Of a stretch of 64,000 bases of DNA, positions 57,582 to 64,000 are shown one piece after another. The stretch comes from a virus. The notes beneath the pieces were generated by a model. That model was given only the letters and a program-made list of their open reading frames with translations. It was not told the DNA's origin and made no database searches. The stretch spans positions 27,944 through 91,943 of IMG/VR virus record IMGVR_UViG_3300018420_000012; one strand, 5' to 3'. A program made the translations under genes and the position numbers. Each line of letters begins with the position of its first letter. Positions within the stretch are counted from its first letter, which is position 1.

Positions 57582-58409
57582 TTAATCCTCCAAAAAAGCC
57601 TTTCCGAATGTAACAAGTTCAGCAACGTAATTTTCTTTTATATAATTTTTATAACCTTTAACTTCTTCAATCAGGTCGTAAATATCTGGATTAAAATCAA
57701 TTCCATCATAGATATGAAGAGGTGTATCTTTCTCCATGAAATTCAGATTATTTACCACGGGGTCATATCTCTGATTGATAAAGCTAACATCATGTCCCCA
57801 AGTCTTATACTCATAGTGTTTATACCACAACTGTTTAAGGACATAATATCTTTTATTGATCGCCTGCAAGTGAATAACACCAGCGTCAGAACATCGGGCT
57901 TTATTGAGGGCGACTTGTGGCGTTCTGGGTGTATGATACTTATATTGACTTAAATCAAATTTACCAGTATGTCTCATTGGTAATATGAATGTACGATAAT
58001 TAGTTACATACATTGGGTCTTGTCTTATTTTAGCTACGCTACCGACAACATTGTACCAATAAAACTCTACATCAAATAAACAGCAATTCTCAAGGATTGA
58101 ATCCCAATTATTTACCCAAGACGACGACAATAACTCATCTGCGTCAATGGACAGCACAAAATCCGCTCCATCGTTCCTAGAAAATTCTAGCATCCATGAG
58201 CGATTATGACTCTCGCTAAATTCTTTTTGGTTGCCCTCAAAGATAATGGCACGATCACCGAATAATGACTTAATTACATTTGCTGTGTCGTCAGAAGAAT
58301 TATCGTCATAAAACACCCATTTATCAATAGGATAATCTTTCCAGTATTCATAAACCTTTGGCAATATAAGTGCCTCGTTCTGAATCATTACATTCGCTTG
58401 AACTTTCAT
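57582..58409 (-). CDS. Glycosyltransferase, GT2-like
   Basis: NE...DDNSSDDT...RSW.L...DFVLSIDADE (DxD); start placed at ATG 58409 (ATGA overlap). Confidence 0.75.
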   Translation of the reverse strand: MKVQANVMIQNEALILPKVYEYWKDYPIDKWVFYDDNSSDDTANVIKSLFGDRAIIFEGNQKEFSESHNRSWMLEFSRNDGADFVLSIDADELLSSSWVNNWDSILENCCLFDVEFYWYNVVGSVAKIRQDPMYVTNYRTFILPMRHTGKFDLSQYKYHTPRTPQVALNKARCSDAGVIHLQAINKRYYVLKQLWYKHYEYKTWGHDVSFINQRYDPVVNNLNFMEKDTPLHIYDGIDFNPDIYDLIEEVKGYKNYIKENYVAELVTFGKAFLED

Positions 58410-59275
58410 ATTAGATGCCACTCCTTAAACTGCACTGGTCGTTGGAATATTTCATGATGTCCTCTCTGACAATAAATGTTTACAGGTTTATTACAAAACA
58501 TATTATATCTCGCTTGAAGCTGATATACTAAACATGCCCATAGCGAATCAATTAAATGTAGCTCCTGAGCGTTCTCAAGAACTTTAATATAATCAAACAA
58601 TAATCTTGACCGTCCGTTTAGATTGACATAGCTTACGCCATCTTTCATGGTATCAAAGTTGATTTTAGTATTTTTATATGGAACACCTGCCACGCCGCCT
58701 TCAGGTTCTCTATTTTGATCGTCGTGGTAAAGAATGTAGTCTTCGCCATGCTCTTTTACAAAATCTTCATATACTTTATTCTCTAGCTCAATATCTCTAT
58801 TAACATTAAAACTAGAACATCTGGTGGCATATGGAATATTATAATACTCATAAAACGCTTCTGGGAAATAAGGAAATCTATCGTGTCCGGGTAGTATTCT
58901 GTTGGTGATAAAATAATGATACCATCTTAGTGCAAATTCATCTTCTCTCCACTTGTCGTGTTCACCATGAGTTTGCATGGTCATGTCTTGTGGCAATAAT
59001 AGATTACCGTAACCATCCCTGTCGGCAGAGGTATAAATAAAACTGTCTACGTGAGGAGTCTTGGTGATGGTTCCGTAATACCTACCATCGTCGCCATTAA
59101 AATAAATTGCCTCTACATTATCTTTTCCGCGAAGATAAAATTCCATAAAATCTTTAGCGTCAGACCGAACAAATAATGTAATCTGTTCGTGACGCTCGCT
59201 ATAATAATCAATCAGCCCCATGCACATTAGCAGGTCTGTCCATCCTTGATGGAAGTATACAAAAGCTCTATCCAA
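58406..59275 (-). CDS. Putative GT-B glycosyltransferase-like protein
   Basis: HQGWTDLL (cf. H.GLGD) N-terminal motif; C-terminal LFDY.KVLENA.ELHLIDS; glycan cluster context. Confidence 0.5.
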   Translation of the reverse strand: MDRAFVYFHQGWTDLLMCMGLIDYYSERHEQITLFVRSDAKDFMEFYLRGKDNVEAIYFNGDDGRYYGTITKTPHVDSFIYTSADRDGYGNLLLPQDMTMQTHGEHDKWREDEFALRWYHYFITNRILPGHDRFPYFPEAFYEYYNIPYATRCSSFNVNRDIELENKVYEDFVKEHGEDYILYHDDQNREPEGGVAGVPYKNTKINFDTMKDGVSYVNLNGRSRLLFDYIKVLENAQELHLIDSLWACLVYQLQARYNMFCNKPVNIYCQRGHHEIFQRPVQFKEWHLI

Positions 59276-60815
59276 AATATTCTCTCCAATAATTGTATGT
59301 CCTATAGTCGTTAGGTGTTCCCCAGCAAATATAATTGTCTACTTCAAACACTTTTACTTTTAGTCCTGCTTGTATGTTTCTATTGATTACGTCGTCAACG
59401 TAGAACTCACCAGCGGTTCTTTCGTCGTGGAACCTGTTTACATTCAGACCGTTGATAAAGTCGTTCGCACGCCTATAGTAAAAGGTTCCGATGATCGCAT
59501 GACGCTCAAGTGGGTTGCCGCCGTTAAACTTTTTACAAGAAACTCCGCGAACATTTCCTTCCTCATCTACGTCAAGCCAAGAATACATATTCGGATTGAC
59601 CTTGCTTGTCTGATTGTTCCTAAATGACCAGACAATAACATCCACAGACTCATCATTTACTAGATTTAAAAACTTCTGCTCGTCGTAGCAAGCACCGTTG
59701 TCGCAAGCTGAGATCAAAATTGGCTCATCTTTGCTTTCTAGTGCATTGACTCCGATTTCGCATGTGCAAGCCTGTCCTTCAGTTACACCAGAAATCTCTA
59801 TAATATCAGCATCAGGATAATACTTTTGTATCTCCTTATCTATATTAGCCTCGACAACGTGTTTTTCCAAACAAATAAACTTAGATTTCTTAAATTTTGG
59901 CAAACTTTTTACAGCCCTAACAATCATAGGGTCGCCATCAATCGGAATCAGGGGTTTTGGTCCATATCCTTCGTCTGCAAACCTTTGCCCATGACCCGCC
60001 ATAGGTAGAATCAAGGTAAAATCTCGCTCTGGTGCGGTGTTCTGCTCTTTCTTTAGGTTAGCAAAGCAGTCAGACCAACCCTTGTAGATTTCCAGATCGT
60101 AGGGCGTTCCCCATTGTAGCATTTTTTCAATTTCAAAAACCCTAACCCACCGCTTATCTTCTAACAATAACTTATAAACAAGACTTACATAGTATTCCCC
60201 ATTTAGATTCATATTTCTATTCATCAATTCTTGGAAGTATTTTTTAACAATACTGCCAGAGCGGAAATAATAAGTTCCATTCGATGCAAACTCATTCATC
60301 TTGTTGTCTGTAAATGGCTCTTTTTCTTTAATGTCTTTAAGGATTAAATGATTTTCCTTACAAAACGCATAATTATCAGAGCCAAGCATGTGTGGATGAA
60401 AGCCTGTATAGCATGGTATACAGCCATGATGATTACTAGCAATAGACAGAAACTTATCAAAGTCCCAAACTGTACCATAGTCACAATAACTTACAATTAC
60501 TGGTCTATCATTGTCGATCTGGTCAAAGATTTGCGACACAGCATAAACCGGCCCTTTTTTGTGCTCTGGAATAACTACAATTTTGCCCGTTGGACAATAC
60601 TTATTTAAGACCTCGGCCATATGAGTGTTATCAATATGATCTTGATTACAAATAAATGTTACATCTTCAACGCCCGGAAATATGTCCAGAACATGAGCTA
60701 TAATCGGTTTACCGTCCACTTCGATCAGTGGCTTTGGGTCTTTATATCCAGCCTCAATAAATCTCCTACCGATACCAGACATCGGAATAATTAATTGTAT
60801 ATCTTTTTTATTCAT
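59268..60815 (-). CDS. Tandem (two-domain) sugar-phosphate nucleotidyltransferase
   Basis: Two NTP-transferase domains: IIPMSGIGRRF..AGY..PKPLI...WGTPYDL and ILPMAGHGQRF...GY.PKPLI...WGTPNDY. Confidence 0.85.
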   Translation of the reverse strand: MNKKDIQLIIPMSGIGRRFIEAGYKDPKPLIEVDGKPIIAHVLDIFPGVEDVTFICNQDHIDNTHMAEVLNKYCPTGKIVVIPEHKKGPVYAVSQIFDQIDNDRPVIVSYCDYGTVWDFDKFLSIASNHHGCIPCYTGFHPHMLGSDNYAFCKENHLILKDIKEKEPFTDNKMNEFASNGTYYFRSGSIVKKYFQELMNRNMNLNGEYYVSLVYKLLLEDKRWVRVFEIEKMLQWGTPYDLEIYKGWSDCFANLKKEQNTAPERDFTLILPMAGHGQRFADEGYGPKPLIPIDGDPMIVRAVKSLPKFKKSKFICLEKHVVEANIDKEIQKYYPDADIIEISGVTEGQACTCEIGVNALESKDEPILISACDNGACYDEQKFLNLVNDESVDVIVWSFRNNQTSKVNPNMYSWLDVDEEGNVRGVSCKKFNGGNPLERHAIIGTFYYRRANDFINGLNVNRFHDERTAGEFYVDDVINRNIQAGLKVKVFEVDNYICWGTPNDYRTYNYWREYFG

Positions 60816-61291
60816 AGTTTACTCTTTAAGTATTCGGGATAATCTGTGCAAATTCCATAGATATTTTTGGCCCTATCTAGATCAAAATTATCAATATCTT
60901 CTTTGGATAATAGAGGAATAATACTAAGGTTTGTTAATTCTAGACTTAGGTCATGAACCCAAACCCAGCCCGGATATGCTGGATATGAGCCGGGAGTTAC
61001 CAAGCAGAACGGGTCGGCAGTATGACAAAAACATTTGAAATCCGGCATGTAAAAAAAAGATTGAATGTCTTTGCAATGAACCCAAAGATGTCTCCTTCTG
61101 CTGTGAAGTTCTCCATACTTAACATCGTACTGTGCAAAATCATGCCCCAAATAGATATGTCCATCTTGAGCCCTTACATCAACCTCAACGTACCAATTAG
61201 CATTGATTGCTTCATCAATATATGAAAGACTATTTTCTCTTTCTGGGATTGGGCCATTGAGATTACCCCTGTGTGATATTATTCGCGGCAT
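60812..61291 (-). CDS. Glycerophosphodiester phosphodiesterase-like (PLC-like TIM barrel) protein
   Basis: IISHRGN...EN....I..A.....VEVDV...LGHD...GICTDY. Confidence 0.75.
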   Translation of the reverse strand: MPRIISHRGNLNGPIPERENSLSYIDEAINANWYVEVDVRAQDGHIYLGHDFAQYDVKYGELHSRRRHLWVHCKDIQSFFYMPDFKCFCHTADPFCLVTPGSYPAYPGWVWVHDLSLELTNLSIIPLLSKEDIDNFDLDRAKNIYGICTDYPEYLKSKL

Positions 61292-62117
61292 CTATTATTT
61301 TTTCCTCTGCTAATTTTAGAAAGTCTTGTTGATTAAATGTATGATGGTGAAAATATGGGTTATTAATGTAATCTAACATTCCCACCTTCTTGTTGGTGAA
61401 AGCTAGGAGATTATTACAATGCGTGTAGAATACATATCCGCCACCCTCACCAATATGAATGTTGAATTGGGATCGTTTTAATATGTTTACATTCTTCTTA
61501 ATTGATTCTAGATCGTAAAGTGCCACCGTATCAGCACTTGTTTCATCTTCAAGGAATTTTAGCCCACCATTCACAATGTCGTCATAGATAGAAAATGTAC
61601 CATGCTTTTGATATTCTGTGCATGATGACACTACTTTCTCGCCAATAATTTTTACCCGCACATTATATTTATCAAATAAATTAAATAATGGCTCTCTTAT
61701 TTGATTCCAAGCCTCTTTAAGACCACGATCTTCTACCGTTATACATTTCGTATTTAAAACAATGTAAGGTTCACGATCTTCTGACTTGACAGTGGAAACA
61801 TATGGCCGAAGCGAATGTGGCTTTACACGCACATAGTTAGCCAAGGCATGAGGAAGTGGATGAACAATTAATGGTGACGCAATACCACCCATCTTATTGT
61901 CGGTTATGGTTACGTTGCTAAGTCCAGAGGTCATTTGCTCTAATAGGGCTTTCATTCGTTCGCTATAGGTCTTATCATACTGCGGCCTTAGTCTAGACAT
62001 GAGTTCGTCATCATAGACAATCTCAAAATCAACGTCTTGACACCCATTGAATATAGAAAAATAATCCATATAAAGAGATACGCCGTACAGTAATTGCACT
62101 TTAAATTTCTTTCTCAT
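61263..62117 (-). CDS. Putative glycosyltransferase-like protein
   Basis: 284 aa; YIVLNTK...IIGE...I.IGEGG resembles a GT-B C-terminal domain; cluster context. Confidence 0.4.
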   Translation of the reverse strand: MRKKFKVQLLYGVSLYMDYFSIFNGCQDVDFEIVYDDELMSRLRPQYDKTYSERMKALLEQMTSGLSNVTITDNKMGGIASPLIVHPLPHALANYVRVKPHSLRPYVSTVKSEDREPYIVLNTKCITVEDRGLKEAWNQIREPLFNLFDKYNVRVKIIGEKVVSSCTEYQKHGTFSIYDDIVNGGLKFLEDETSADTVALYDLESIKKNVNILKRSQFNIHIGEGGGYVFYTHCNNLLAFTNKKVGMLDYINNPYFHHHTFNQQDFLKLAEEKIIDAANNITQG

Positions 62118-62422
62118 ATTTCTTCAATCCTTTTGCTTCTATCCTCAATGAATAGGTCATAATACGGCTTGTTGCAATGAAGCTCATGAAACTTACAGCC
62201 CCAAGATTTTAGTTGGTCATGAGTAAAATTCGCCCAATCAATTCCAGTTCTGCTACCTCTAGCCGTCCAGTAGACAATCCAGTGCCCTTCGTCGTACAGT
62301 TTGTTAATTTTCTCAATGCTAAATGGGTCTGGAATGGCCTTATTGTAGTCTTTTTTGCCATCTAGTGCTATTTCTTCGTCGTAAAAGCATATCGTCTCGT
62401 CTATGTCCACTCTGATAATCAT
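62114..62422 (-). CDS. Minimal HAD-superfamily phosphatase (capsule-biosynthesis type)
   Basis: VDIDETIC, WTARG, KP..DLFIEDR. Confidence 0.8.
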   Translation of the reverse strand: MIIRVDIDETICFYDEEIALDGKKDYNKAIPDPFSIEKINKLYDEGHWIVYWTARGSRTGIDWANFTHDQLKSWGCKFHELHCNKPYYDLFIEDRSKRIEEI

Positions 62423-63048
62423 ATCAAATCCTTTCTAAACTTTTCTTTCTCGTCACCAACCAACTCTAAAATATCTGTCGTTGAAAGTGGTTCACTGTTA
62501 AAATTGATACAAGACGCTGCTTTTTCACAAATCTCAGTTTTTATAATTACGTCATTATGATTTCTTCCGCAACATATAATACCATGATTTCTTAGTAAGA
62601 ATACATCTGGAAATTCATCAAAGTCATGTAAGGCTGCCGCTATTTGTTCCGCCAGAGGTTCTCCCGGTTTAGCATATGGAACAACACACGATCTAACACC
62701 ATTAAAAACTACTTGATCTGGGAAAAATCTTTGAGTTGCAAATCGTTGCGTGTCATGGTAACTCATAAGTATTTTCAAGCAATTCACAGGGTGGGTATGA
62801 GCTATGTAATTAATCTTTGGATTGATCCTGTATAATAGGGCGTGAAATGCCGCCTCCATACTTGGTCTAACTCTTCCAATTTGATTTCCGTCCTTATCAC
62901 ACTCGGCTATTTGCTCTATTGTTAAATTCTTAAAGCCATGACCACTTCCTTTTATCAAGAACCCGTTTGGTAGTCTACATGAAACATTACCCTCTGCTCC
63001 AACGACATACGGAGAGAGGTAATGTGCTAACCTAACAATGTCCATCAT
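62419..63048 (-). CDS. Class II aldolase/adducin family protein
   Basis: EGNVS, PSMEAAFH, HTHP, LLRNHG zinc-binding motifs. Confidence 0.85.
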   Translation of the reverse strand: MMDIVRLAHYLSPYVVGAEGNVSCRLPNGFLIKGSGHGFKNLTIEQIAECDKDGNQIGRVRPSMEAAFHALLYRINPKINYIAHTHPVNCLKILMSYHDTQRFATQRFFPDQVVFNGVRSCVVPYAKPGEPLAEQIAAALHDFDEFPDVFLLRNHGIICCGRNHNDVIIKTEICEKAASCINFNSEPLSTTDILELVGDEKEKFRKDLI

Positions 63049-63779
63049 GCTTCTTTCCTTAGATAAGCCGTTGGTGCAAACCAGTCTGTAGTTTTAACAT
63101 TGTATTGTAGATTTTTCTCTTTCAAGAACTTATCAACACCAACGCTTTCACTAAATAGATGATATTCATACTCATCAAATAGGATTATGCCTCCGGGAAG
63201 CAGACGATCCCACAGATTTACTAGGGCGTGATATGTTGGACGTTCAATATCTACATCAATATAGATCATAGAAGCTCTGAATCCGGGATTGTCTTTCAGA
63301 AACTTAGGTAGAGTCTCCTGTACGTCGCCCTTAATGAGTTTAATTTTATTAGATACACTATCAGAGATATTTAAAAGGCGGCTTTCTACGGCCTCTAGGG
63401 ACAGTTCATTGCCGTCTACTTTGCTGTAAACGGTCTCCATGCTGTTCTTATCAATTTCAGTATCCTTGGTTTTCAGGATAAAGCTACTTTCTCCGGTGTC
63501 AAAAATATCAAACCCAATAACTTTCTTGTTTGAGTTTGGCATAAACACTTCTAAGAACTTGACAAATGTTGCCATTCCAGAACCCTTGAATACACCAACC
63601 TCAACAATGTCACCAGCCAAGTGTCGGGTTTGCTCGAAGAAGTGGAATCTGTGCAACAGCTTTCCGATCAGTTTAATATCTTGAGAAAAAATAAATCTAT
63701 TAAATGATTCATAGATGTCGTCTGAAGGGCAATTTTTTACGTTGTTATTACAAATGTCGATATGAGTATATTTATTCAT
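63045..63779 (-). CDS. TylF/MycF/NovP-family sugar O-methyltransferase
   Basis: GDIVEVGVFKG, GFDIF, LIKGDV.ETLP, IDVD, LLPGGIILFDEY. Confidence 0.85.
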   Translation of the reverse strand: MNKYTHIDICNNNVKNCPSDDIYESFNRFIFSQDIKLIGKLLHRFHFFEQTRHLAGDIVEVGVFKGSGMATFVKFLEVFMPNSNKKVIGFDIFDTGESSFILKTKDTEIDKNSMETVYSKVDGNELSLEAVESRLLNISDSVSNKIKLIKGDVQETLPKFLKDNPGFRASMIYIDVDIERPTYHALVNLWDRLLPGGIILFDEYEYHLFSESVGVDKFLKEKNLQYNVKTTDWFAPTAYLRKEA

Positions 63780-64000
63780 TTAAAATCCTTGCTATCTCTT
63801 GCGATGTTTGATTGTTATTAATTAATTCAATGTTTCGTTTTGGTTTTCCATCCCAGAAGTTTGTTACGATAATATCGGCCTGTTCCTTCAATGGCAGAAT
63901 GTGATTCTGGAAATCTATCTCTCTGTTTTTTATGCTGTCTATGATCGAATCAACTGAGTGTCCCCTCTCTTTAAAATCTCTATTTATTTTCCAGATATAC
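63772..64000 (-). CDS. 5'-truncated phosphoribulokinase/uridine kinase family protein (not in ORF track)
   Basis: Manual translation gives YIWKINRDFKERGHSVDSIIDSIKNREIDFQNHILPLKEQADII..., matching the PRK/UK WKI.RD..ERGH...R..DF...I.P....AD motif; stop at 63772. Confidence 0.7.
   Translation of the reverse strand, partial: YIWKINRDFKERGHSVDSIIDSIKNREIDFQNHILPLKEQADIIVTNFWDGKPKRNIELINNNQTSQEIARILNE

Noticed and set aside
1-64000. Stop-codon reassignment, as seen in some large phages
   Set aside because: Very long uninterrupted ORFs and near-complete coding density under the standard code; TAA, TAG and TGA all end genes at sensible boundaries.
63772-64000. PRK as a Calvin-cycle auxiliary metabolic gene
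   Set aside because: Only the C-terminal fragment is visible, the family includes uridine kinases, and the context is a glycan operon.

Overview
The window looks like part of a large (jumbo-type) tailed dsDNA phage genome: about 40% GC by eye, standard genetic code, very dense coding and frequent TAATG/ATGA gene overlaps. It has two convergent blocks. (1) Positions 1-53.8 kb on the + strand form a virion morphogenesis module: fibre/accessory proteins, a BppU-like protein, probable head-tail joining proteins, a probable major tail tube, chaperone-like genes, a 2044-aa tape measure protein, a 4186-aa LamG/FG-GAP tail-tip protein and other large tail-tip proteins. I recognise no sheath gene, so the tail is probably non-contractile. 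A repeated TTTGTGTATAAT motif is the candidate late promoter. (2) Positions 53.9-64 kb on the - strand carry a Zn-ribbon protein, a Rad52/Sak-like annealase, a Vsr/DUF559-like endonuclease and a glycan cluster (GDP-L-fucose synthase, glycosyltransferase-like genes, tandem nucleotidyltransferase, GDPD-like protein, HAD phosphatase, class II aldolase, TylF methyltransferase, partial PRK/uridine kinase). The most striking signal is a strong, protein-selective enrichment of Ser-Gly in many predicted outer virion proteins next to this glycan cluster; I hypothesise a phage-encoded virion O-glycosylation system using an SG sequon. Also notable are a PD-(D/E)xK-like cassette embedded in the tape measure protein between repeated FAxGG/DTVPAxLTPGEFV modules, and a 7-blade FG-GAP propeller split by very large insertions. 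All assignments come from motif recognition and manual counts, not database searches.
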